The notes under the pieces: model-generated
Database searches by the model: none
Told to the model about the DNA's origin: nothing
The model's input: the letters and a program-made list of their open reading frames with translations, nothing else
Shown: positions 7,474-15,206 of the stretch, in pieces
How positions within the stretch are numbered: position 1 is the stretch's first letter
Layout: each line of letters starts with the position of its first letter
Translations under genes and position numbers: made by a program
Virus record (IMG/VR): IMGVR_UViG_3300015202_000002
Span: 1 to 38,013 of that record
Direction: 5' to 3' (one strand)
Origin: a virus
DNA length: 38,013 nt

Positions 7474-8790
7474 ATGGCTGTTTTCCCAAATAATATTTTA
7501 CAAACCGTCCAAACCTATCAAAGGTCAGGACTTGCGCTGTTACAGAACTTATGTTGTCATATTTCTACAGCTAGTACAAAATTTAAAGATTTTGATAAAA
7601 TTCAGGCCAACTTGGGTTCTGCTGTTACCTTCGATTTGCCGCCTCGTGCGACTACAACTGCTGGTCTTGTTGCGTCATTCCAACCTGCTGTACAACGTGT
7701 ACAACAATTGATTTGTGACCAAGCAAACAACAGTTCATTCGCTGTTACATCTCAACAACGTATCTTCAACTTGGAAAAAGGCGAAGAAGATTACATGCGT
7801 GTGTTTGGTAAGTCATTCATCGCTGAATTGGCTACACAAGTTGAAGGCAACGTTGCTCTTAACTGGGCATCGGCTGTTCAAAGTCAATTAGATGGAACTC
7901 TAAATACATTTTCAGGCCCATATCGTTATTTCGGTAATGGTTCTACTGCTCTAACCTCTTACCAACAATTAGCGCAAGCTATTATGTTCTTCAAGAACTA
8001 CGGCTCTGTAGCAGAGGGTATTAAGGTTTACCTTCCTGATACTGTAGTTCCTGCTGTCGTGGGTAATGGACTTAACCAATTTGTACCACATCGTAACGAT
8101 GAAATCGCTATGTCTTGGGAAATTGGGGATTTCGGTACTCCATTAGTAAGCTACTATCAGTCAAACTTAATGCCGATTCACGTATCTGGTGACACTGGTG
8201 TTAATCAGCAAACATTGACTGTTGTAAGCACTAACGATCCAACAGGACAAAACGTAACTCAAATCACTGTAAGTGGTGCGACTGCGAGCGATGCTAATGC
8301 CGTGTTCTCTGGTGACTTGTTTAGCTTCCAAGACGGTGTTTCTGGTCAGCCTAACATGCGCTACTTAACGTTCATTGGTCACTTCCCAAGTGCTAACCAA
8401 GTTCAGTTCCGAGCAACTGCTAACGCTGCTGCTAACTCTGGTGGTGTTGTAACAATTAACATTACTCCTGCGCTTAACTGGGCTGGCGGTCAAAATCAAA
8501 ACTTGAATAACCCAATCGCGGCTGGAATGCAAATCCTCGGAGTTGCTTCTCACAGATGCGGCGGTATTTTGGGTGGCGATGCGTTTTATTTGGCAATGCC
8601 TCAATTACCAGAACAACGTCCTTATGACACTGCAAATGAGTATGACGATGACACTGGTGTGTCTATGCGTTTGACCTACGGTTCTTTATTCGGTCAAAAC
8701 GAGACAGGCATGATTTATGACGAAACACATGGTTCTGTAATCGTTCCTGAATACTCCATGCGCTATGTCATTCCATTGTCTCAAGGTTAA
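7474..8790 (+). CDS. Major capsid (coat) protein, P22-coat-like
   Basis: 438 aa, AGGAG SD, follows the scaffold gene, followed by a hairpin. Size and layout, including an inserted-domain-like segment, resemble P22 gp5 by eye. Confidence 0.82.
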   Translation: MAVFPNNILQTVQTYQRSGLALLQNLCCHISTASTKFKDFDKIQANLGSAVTFDLPPRATTTAGLVASFQPAVQRVQQLICDQANNSSFAVTSQQRIFNLEKGEEDYMRVFGKSFIAELATQVEGNVALNWASAVQSQLDGTLNTFSGPYRYFGNGSTALTSYQQLAQAIMFFKNYGSVAEGIKVYLPDTVVPAVVGNGLNQFVPHRNDEIAMSWEIGDFGTPLVSYYQSNLMPIHVSGDTGVNQQTLTVVSTNDPTGQNVTQITVSGATASDANAVFSGDLFSFQDGVSGQPNMRYLTFIGHFPSANQVQFRATANAAANSGGVVTINITPALNWAGGQNQNLNNPIAAGMQILGVASHRCGGILGGDAFYLAMPQLPEQRPYDTANEYDDDTGVSMRLTYGSLFGQNETGMIYDETHGSVIVPEYSMRYVIPLSQG

Positions 8791-8795
8791 TTGTC

Positions 8796-8834
8796 GAGTA
8801 GGTGACTAATCATCACCTACTTAAACTCATTTTA
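8796..8834 (+). terminator. Hairpin / partial terminator after the coat gene
   Basis: GTAGGTGA (8798-8805) pairs with TCACCTAC (8813-8820), 7-nt loop, then TTAAACTCATTTT. Confidence 0.5.
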
Positions 8835-8848
8835 AGAGGATTAATAAA

Positions 8849-9715
8849 ATGCCTACAGCTCAAATACAAAATGAAACCATATATGCGTTACCTCGCTTAT
8901 ATATTCAAGGCTTGCAATTGTCAGCCGCTACACCTACTGCTGCTACTGTAGTTTGTGTTGCCCCTGGTGCTGCAAGAGATTCTACTAACAGTATCGATAT
9001 GGTCGTAGGGCTACAAAACTACTTCGGAATTGATAATCCAGCTCAATTGTTTAATGGCTACCAACCTGGATTATTCATCAATTCAGCGGTTAATGGTACT
9101 AATGGATTGGACACTGGAACAATTGCTGCTAGTACTCAATACGCTGTGTATTTAATTGGTGATTCACGTAATTATCAAAATACTGCTGCTGTATTAAGTT
9201 TAACCAGCAATACCGCTCCTCTGTTACCAGCAGGCTATGACTCCTATCGTTTGATTGGATTCTGGGCAACTGATGGTTCCAGTCACTTTGTGTACGCAAC
9301 TGTTAAGCCACAAAACATTGGCGGATTGTTGACTTATTTCAACTCTCCAGCGGTTTCTGTCTTGTCTGGTGGTACTGCCACTTCTTTCACTGCGATTGAC
9401 CTGACTACTAACAGTGCAATTCCTACTACTACACTTCAGAACATAATCGTTACTTTGTTAGTAACTTTTACACCCGTAGCAATTGGCGACACTGTTCAGT
9501 TTAGACCTACAGGTTCCAGTGCTACTGGTGGGTTACCAATAATTACAGGTGCGGTAGCAGGAATTGCTCAAAGCCAATACATCCAAGTAATAGCTGGTGT
9601 TGGTTCATCTAAACCTGAAATTGACTACAAAGTAACTTCTGGTTCTGATGCTGTGAGTGTCTCTGTAGTTGAATGGGCTGGTGTATCTAACAGCGCTTAC
9701 CCTGCTCTAGTTTAA
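8849..9715 (+). CDS. Virion structural protein (288 aa), function unknown
   Basis: Track ORF between the coat and adaptor-like genes. Thr/Ala/Gly-rich beta-type sequence. Confidence 0.7.
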   Translation: MPTAQIQNETIYALPRLYIQGLQLSAATPTAATVVCVAPGAARDSTNSIDMVVGLQNYFGIDNPAQLFNGYQPGLFINSAVNGTNGLDTGTIAASTQYAVYLIGDSRNYQNTAAVLSLTSNTAPLLPAGYDSYRLIGFWATDGSSHFVYATVKPQNIGGLLTYFNSPAVSVLSGGTATSFTAIDLTTNSAIPTTTLQNIIVTLLVTFTPVAIGDTVQFRPTGSSATGGLPIITGAVAGIAQSQYIQVIAGVGSSKPEIDYKVTSGSDAVSVSVVEWAGVSNSAYPALV

Positions 9716-9736
9716 TAACTTAAGGAGTGAGTTGTT

Positions 9737-10486
9737 ATGCCATATTTAGCTCAGGACTTAATAACTCGCTCCTGGTTTTTATCAGGGATTGTTGCTCGTA
9801 ATTTGCAAATACCTACAGGCGATCAAATCTATGATGGCTTGCAGATGCTTAATGATTTGCTCAATTTTAAACAGATTGAGACCGATTTAATTCCATATTG
9901 GACTTATATCGAGTTACCTCTTGTGGCCAATCAAGAGTACTATTTTCTTCCTTATGTAGCTGCGATTGAGTCGGCCACCTTTAATATTGATGTTGTGCGT
10001 TACCCTATGGATTATGTCAGCAGACGTAACTATTACGGTTCATCACGAGTTGATAATATTTCAACACTACCTTTTAGCTGGAACTATAATCGGGCATTAG
10101 GTGGCGGCAATATGGCTTTATATTTTAAGCCTGAGTCAAATTACCCCATGAAGATGATGGTTAAGTTATTTCTAGTGGATGTAACGTTAACCACAGACTT
10201 AACTAATATTTCTGAAATCGTTCCATATACCTTTGTTAATAGCGCAAATCAAGGTCTTGATACTGCGTATATAGAATATCTGCGATACGCTTTAGCACAG
10301 TACATGTGTAGCGAATACGGTGTTCTATTTAATCCAGAATCTGAAAAGATACTTACAAAATACATGCGAAAACTTATGTGGGAAAGCCCACCAGACCTAT
10401 CAAGTATCAAGACAAGTATCTTAACTGAATGCCAAGGATTGAACTGGGGTGATATCAATATTGGTAAGGGCTGGCGACCCTCATAG
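9737..10486 (+). CDS. Putative head-to-tail adaptor (P22 gp4 position)
   Basis: 249 aa. Call is by synteny (coat ... adaptor ... gp10-like hub) only. Confidence 0.55.
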   Translation: MPYLAQDLITRSWFLSGIVARNLQIPTGDQIYDGLQMLNDLLNFKQIETDLIPYWTYIELPLVANQEYYFLPYVAAIESATFNIDVVRYPMDYVSRRNYYGSSRVDNISTLPFSWNYNRALGGGNMALYFKPESNYPMKMMVKLFLVDVTLTTDLTNISEIVPYTFVNSANQGLDTAYIEYLRYALAQYMCSEYGVLFNPESEKILTKYMRKLMWESPPDLSSIKTSILTECQGLNWGDINIGKGWRPS

Positions 10487-10530
10487 GAAAGGGTTGGCGC
10501 CCTAATATTAATTTGTTACTATTCCTCTGA
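10486..10530 (+). pseudogene. Relic second copy of the 3' end of the upstream gene (GKGWRP NINLLLFL stop), out of frame
   Basis: 10486-10503 (gga aag ggt tgg cgc cct) versus 10463-10480 (ggt aag ggc tgg cga ccc): 14/18 identical, and all 4 differences fall at codon third positions. Confidence 0.45.
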
Positions 10531-10546
10531 ATTAATTAAAGAGGAA
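10522..10546 (+). promoter_or_regulatory. Hairpin sequestering the Shine-Dalgarno of the nuclease gene
   Basis: TTCCTCT (10522-10528) pairs with AGAGGAA (10540-10546). The right arm is the only SD for ATG 10551. Confidence 0.55.
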
Positions 10547-10550
10547 GAAA

Positions 10551-11156
10551 ATGATTGTAAAAATATGCGCGGAACATGGTGAGTTAACTGAAAATTTAGC
10601 CCATCAAGAAAAAAACAAAAAATGTAAATCTGGTTTTATGTGGCGTTGCAATCAATGTAAACTAGAAAAAGACAGGCGATGGAAAGAATTAAATTGGGAG
10701 CAACACAAAGAGTCAGCAGGAAAGGCTCGCTCTAAGGCAAGAGAAAATTATAGAAATGGATTTATTACTGAAGAGCCAAAGGCAAATGTTTGGGGCCGCC
10801 AATACAGGAAAGATAATCCAGAATTGCATAGTGAATGGGCAAGAAGAGGAAGAGAGAGGCTTGGCCCGTTAAGAAATATTAGAGAAATTACCCGTGTCAG
10901 AGGCATTACTCTAGATGAATATTATGCGATTGAAGGGAAGCAAAATGGTAAATGTTCTATTTGTAATTGCGAAGAAACTAGAAATAATAGAAGTGGGTCT
11001 ACTGCTAGATTATGTTTAGACCATAATCATACTACTGGACAAGTGCGCGAGTTATTATGTCATGCTTGCAATCAAGTTATAGGGCATAGCAGAGAATCTA
11101 TTGAAATACTAAAAAACGCGATAAGCTATTTAGAAAGACAAAAGCACATAGATTAA
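10551..11156 (+). CDS. Endonuclease VII-family (HNH-like) nuclease with N-terminal Cys-rich region
   Basis: C-terminal KCSICN...LCLDHNHTTGQVRELLCHACNQVIG matches the T4 gp49/Endonuclease_7 signature (DHxH-TG-VRGLLC-xCN). Located inside the tail module. Confidence 0.8.
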   Translation: MIVKICAEHGELTENLAHQEKNKKCKSGFMWRCNQCKLEKDRRWKELNWEQHKESAGKARSKARENYRNGFITEEPKANVWGRQYRKDNPELHSEWARRGRERLGPLRNIREITRVRGITLDEYYAIEGKQNGKCSICNCEETRNNRSGSTARLCLDHNHTTGQVRELLCHACNQVIGHSRESIEILKNAISYLERQKHID

Positions 11157-11171
11157 CCCCATTAACCAAGG

Positions 11172-11366
11172 ATGGTTACTATGAGTGATAGACCTAATTT
11201 GATTGACCATGAGGTCAGATTAAGACTTATAGAAAAAAGACTTGATGATTGCGATAAAAAAGACAAATCGCATCAAGATACATTGAAAGGACAATTTACA
11301 TGGATAATTGGCACAGTAATCACATCCATAAGCGGACTGATACTTCATGCTATTAAGTTAATTTAA
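11172..11366 (+). CDS. Small tail-anchored membrane protein (XhlA-like architecture)
   Basis: 64 aa: charged helical N-terminus, then W-IIGTVITSISGLILHAI transmembrane segment. The start may be ATG 11181, which has better SD spacing. Confidence 0.6.
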   Translation: MVTMSDRPNLIDHEVRLRLIEKRLDDCDKKDKSHQDTLKGQFTWIIGTVITSISGLILHAIKLI

Positions 11367-11375
11367 GGATGATTG

Positions 11376-13094
11376 ATGGTTGCTCGCGGGCAGAATTTCA
11401 GACAATTTCCAGTGAATGTAGTAGGTTCAAGCATCTTCGGGCGTTATCCGAAAATCAGCATTGAAAAAACCTACAATATGTTCATGTCTGATAAATTCAT
11501 GGTTCCTTATGCGGGCTATAATATTGGAATAACATCAGCCGACTTTGCAAATGCCATTCAGGGCAGAGCTATCTTTACCAGTACAAAATTCGATGAATTA
11601 GTGGTAGTCGAAGGTAACGGTGTCTACCTTGTGAACATTGTTTACAATCAACGTAGAGAAGAAATAACCTTTTTTCAAGTTTTTAAAATTGGAACATTAC
11701 AAACTCAAACGGGTGTTGTTTATATTGCTGAAAACAATAAACCTCAGATTGGAATTTCTGACGGTACAGCTTTTTATATTTACGATCCAACTCTCGACCC
11801 AGTATTTCAAGCCGTTCCATTAAATTTTAAACCTGGATATCTAACTTTCCATGATACCTATTTTATTTTAGCGGCTTCTCAGGATAATACCTATACTCCT
11901 CGTGCTAATAATACGTGGCGTTTATCAGGACAAAATGATGGACTAACATGGAGTTCAAATAGTGCCAGCGTAGGATTATTACAAACTAAACCTGATAATG
12001 TTCAAGCTGTGGTGCGCTTCCCCTCTAAAGGTAATATGATATTTGTAATGGGAAGCATTGTAACCGAAGCATGGTTTGATACCGGAGCACAGTTATTCCC
12101 CTATCAACGTAACAACCAATTTAATATCGACTATGGTTGTCTACAACCTGCCACAGTTGCCTATATGGATGAATTTGTAGTCTGGTTGGCTCAAAATGAG
12201 AGAAGTGGTCCAATTATTGTATATTCTGACGGTGGTATGCCCAAAAAGATTACTACTGACGGTATTGATTATCTGTTCTCAACGCTACAAGACCCTGAGG
12301 ATTCACAAGCTTTCCTTTATCGACAAGATGGACATTTGTTTTATCATATTAATTTTTATACCGATAATCTTTCATTGGTTTATGATTTTTCTACCGAAAA
12401 GTTTTACCACGCTTGTGACCAGAATCTTAATTATTTCATAGCCTCAGAAGTAGCATTTTTCAACAATCAATATTATTTCATATCAAAAAACAATGGTAAT
12501 TTATTTGTATTTGATACCACCATTACCACCTATCAAGATATAGACAGCTTAGGCAATAAAGTCACGCATGAAATCCCACGCATCAGAGCGTGTGCCAATA
12601 TTCGTACTCCAGACCAAAATTATCAGATTATTAATGATATTGGGTTTACGATTGAGTCAGGCGAAACGGATTATGAACAGCAGTCATTAGGCGAAATCAT
12701 CTTGATTACTCAAGATGGGAATATTTTGATTACTCAAGGTGGCATCCCTGAGTTAATTACGCAATCAGGGAACCCAATATTATCTCAAGATGGCACAATA
12801 TTTATCATGCAACAAAATCCAGGTGGCACCAACACCGCTGAATTAATTGCTCAGCAAGACGCTAACACTGGATTTAGCAATCTATCTTTACCGCACGTTG
12901 ATTTATCTATATCAACTGATGGCGGCGCATCATTTGGTAATGAATGGGCATATTACTTGCCAGCTATAGGACATCGAAAGAATAGATTGATGTGGTGGCA
13001 GATTGGAATTGCCAATGATTTTGTACCTCAATTTAAATTCTGGGGAATGGGTAGATTTGTGGTAACGGATGGCATAGCAAACACAAGGGTATAG
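11376..13094 (+). CDS. Tail hub / DNA-stabilisation protein (P22 gp10-like)
   Basis: 572 aa from ATG 11376 (TAAGGA SD). The C-terminus LSISTDGGASFGNEW...RKNRLMWWQIG...FVVTDG resembles the P22 gp10 C-terminus (SATTDGINYGRE...RVLWKRVG) as I recall it. Confidence 0.7.
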   Translation: MVARGQNFRQFPVNVVGSSIFGRYPKISIEKTYNMFMSDKFMVPYAGYNIGITSADFANAIQGRAIFTSTKFDELVVVEGNGVYLVNIVYNQRREEITFFQVFKIGTLQTQTGVVYIAENNKPQIGISDGTAFYIYDPTLDPVFQAVPLNFKPGYLTFHDTYFILAASQDNTYTPRANNTWRLSGQNDGLTWSSNSASVGLLQTKPDNVQAVVRFPSKGNMIFVMGSIVTEAWFDTGAQLFPYQRNNQFNIDYGCLQPATVAYMDEFVVWLAQNERSGPIIVYSDGGMPKKITTDGIDYLFSTLQDPEDSQAFLYRQDGHLFYHINFYTDNLSLVYDFSTEKFYHACDQNLNYFIASEVAFFNNQYYFISKNNGNLFVFDTTITTYQDIDSLGNKVTHEIPRIRACANIRTPDQNYQIINDIGFTIESGETDYEQQSLGEIILITQDGNILITQGGIPELITQSGNPILSQDGTIFIMQQNPGGTNTAELIAQQDANTGFSNLSLPHVDLSISTDGGASFGNEWAYYLPAIGHRKNRLMWWQIGIANDFVPQFKFWGMGRFVVTDGIANTRV

Positions 13095-13095
13095 A

Positions 13096-13467
13096 ATGGC
13101 AACGCAACAACCAATATTACAGGCGATATTTCCAGACTTACCAAGAGAAACACCGGTCATCGATAAAAACGGTGATTTTAATCCATTGTGGAGTTTAGGA
13201 CTTTCGGCTTTATTTCAAGCATTACAAGCGAATTATAAGAATGAAGGCATCATTTTCCCGCGATTAAGTGCTGCCAATATTGCAACAATTCAGGCAATTT
13301 ATACACCATTAATTGGTGCGCCTTTACCACAAAACATACCTGATATCAGTGGGCAAACCGTATTCGATACGACTAACCGAGTTTCAAAACAATTTGTTAT
13401 CACGTATGATGGAGCTACGCCGCCGAATATTTTAACGGCTACGTGGAGGACGTTTGTTTATCTATGA
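13096..13467 (+). CDS. Virion protein (123 aa), possibly plug/needle-associated
   Basis: Track ORF. Call is by position after the hub gene only. Confidence 0.5.
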   Translation: MATQQPILQAIFPDLPRETPVIDKNGDFNPLWSLGLSALFQALQANYKNEGIIFPRLSAANIATIQAIYTPLIGAPLPQNIPDISGQTVFDTTNRVSKQFVITYDGATPPNILTATWRTFVYL

Positions 13468-13481
13468 TTCAAGGATGAATT

Positions 13482-14087
13482 ATGAGCTGGCTAAGTAATT
13501 TTTTTGGCGGTGGAAAAAACCCCGCAGACGCAGCAATGCCCTATCTTAATCAGATTCCAGGGCAAACACAACAATATCAACAACCTTGGTTTGAAGCTGG
13601 AAAAAATCAATTGTCTGGACTTCAAGATCAATATGGTCAGTTGATGAATGATCCAGGTGGCAAGATGAATAAGATTGGAGAATCTTTTCAACAATCACCT
13701 GGCTTTAAATTTGCTATGGATCAAGCAATGCAAGGTGGAAACCATGCGGCGGCGGCTGGTGGGATGGCGGGTAGTCCACAACACGAACAACAAAACATGC
13801 AAATGGCAACAGATTTGGGCAACCAAGATTACAATAATTGGATGCAAAATGCGCTGGGTATGTATGGTCAAGGATTACAAGGTTCTCAAGGAATGGCTAA
13901 TCAAGGACAACAAGCAGGAAAAAGCATGGCTGATATGATAGCCCAAACCTTAGCACAACAAGCCAACCTACAATTTCAAGGTCAAAGACAACAAAATCAA
14001 AATAAAAATGATTTATGGGGTGGTATCGCTAAAGGTATTGGCTCTGTTGCTTCTTTCAATCCTTGGGGTGCTTTTGGCAACATTTAA
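13482..14087 (+). CDS. Ejection/internal virion protein 1 (Gln/Gly/Met/Asn-rich)
   Basis: 201 aa. First of three consecutive genes in the position of P22 gp7/gp20/gp16. Strong low-complexity composition. Confidence 0.6.
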   Translation: MSWLSNFFGGGKNPADAAMPYLNQIPGQTQQYQQPWFEAGKNQLSGLQDQYGQLMNDPGGKMNKIGESFQQSPGFKFAMDQAMQGGNHAAAAGGMAGSPQHEQQNMQMATDLGNQDYNNWMQNALGMYGQGLQGSQGMANQGQQAGKSMADMIAQTLAQQANLQFQGQRQQNQNKNDLWGGIAKGIGSVASFNPWGAFGNI

Positions 14088-14096
14088 GGATTAATC

Positions 14097-15206
14097 ATGT
14101 CATTTACTTTTACAAATTATGCTGGCATCGAACCCCAAGCTTCTCCTTGGCAAGATATGATTGGAAAAATGTTAAGTGGTTATACTGATATGACCAAAGC
14201 TAAGTTTTTAAAACCAGGTCTTGAGGAAGCCCTTAAAAAAGAGCAATTATTTAATCAATATTATGGACGAGACAAAGAATCTCAAATTGGTCTTCGTGGT
14301 GCTCAAGCTGGACATTTAGGCTCTCTTACAACAGGTCAGAATATTACTAATCAATATATGCCTGAACAATTAAAAGCAGAAATGGAAGCAAAGCAACAAG
14401 CAGCACAACAAGCTCATATGTTTAATCAAATGCTACAACAACGCCTACAAGGTAATGGTCAAGGAGGAATGCCAAATATGGGTGGTCAAATGGGTGGTGG
14501 CCAAGAACAAGGATATAATCCAGGTCAAGGAAGCGCTCCTTTTGCTCAAGGTGAACCTATGCCTCAACATCCACAAGTTCAGCAACCACAAAATCAATTT
14601 ATGCAAGAACCACAACTTTCAAATGATGATATTGTTAATAAAAAATTCTTTGGAATGGATACATTTACACCAAAATATAAAGCTTATGTTGATGCCATGA
14701 CAAGCGGTATGAAAAAGAAAGAAGCAGAAAAATATAAATTAGAAGCTAAAAAAGATTTTGAAGATTTCAAAACAGCCGATATTGCTCAAAAAGACGTTCC
14801 TGTTCTTGAAAATGCGCTTGAGTCTGCGAACAAGATGAAAGAAATTATTCAAAATAGACCTGCTCTTTCTGGTCATACTTGGTTTCCAGGTTATTTTGCA
14901 AAGACTGCAACTGATCCAGAGGCCGGAGTATTTCAATCTAAACTAATTCCACAAATGGCAGCTTTAGAAAGTCAATTAAGCAGCAAAGGAAATCAGCTTG
15001 CTCTTAAAATAGCCGCTTCTAAATTACCAGGATTTGAAAATTCTCAGGCTGTTAACTTAGGTAGAATTGATGGCCTCATTGATGAGATCCAAAAGCGTCT
15101 CAAAGTAAGTGGTGAACTGGGTGGTGGCATGATTAAACGTATCGGTAATAAGCGATACAAGAAAATCGATGGTGAATGGCATGAGATTGAGAAAGGTGAC
15201 TTATAA
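14097..15206 (+). CDS. Ejection/internal virion protein 2 (Gln/Gly/Met-rich centre)
   Basis: 369 aa. Call is by synteny, as above. Confidence 0.6.
   Translation: MSFTFTNYAGIEPQASPWQDMIGKMLSGYTDMTKAKFLKPGLEEALKKEQLFNQYYGRDKESQIGLRGAQAGHLGSLTTGQNITNQYMPEQLKAEMEAKQQAAQQAHMFNQMLQQRLQGNGQGGMPNMGGQMGGGQEQGYNPGQGSAPFAQGEPMPQHPQVQQPQNQFMQEPQLSNDDIVNKKFFGMDTFTPKYKAYVDAMTSGMKKKEAEKYKLEAKKDFEDFKTADIAQKDVPVLENALESANKMKEIIQNRPALSGHTWFPGYFAKTATDPEAGVFQSKLIPQMAALESQLSSKGNQLALKIAASKLPGFENSQAVNLGRIDGLIDEIQKRLKVSGELGGGMIKRIGNKRYKKIDGEWHEIEKGDL

Noticed and set aside
10463-10530. Programmed -1 frameshift giving an extended C-terminus to the adaptor-like protein
   Set aside because: There is no X-XXY-YYZ slippery heptamer, the -1 frame has a TAA just upstream (10465-10467), and the downstream hairpin is better explained as RBS sequestration. 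I interpret the repeat as a relic duplicated gene end.
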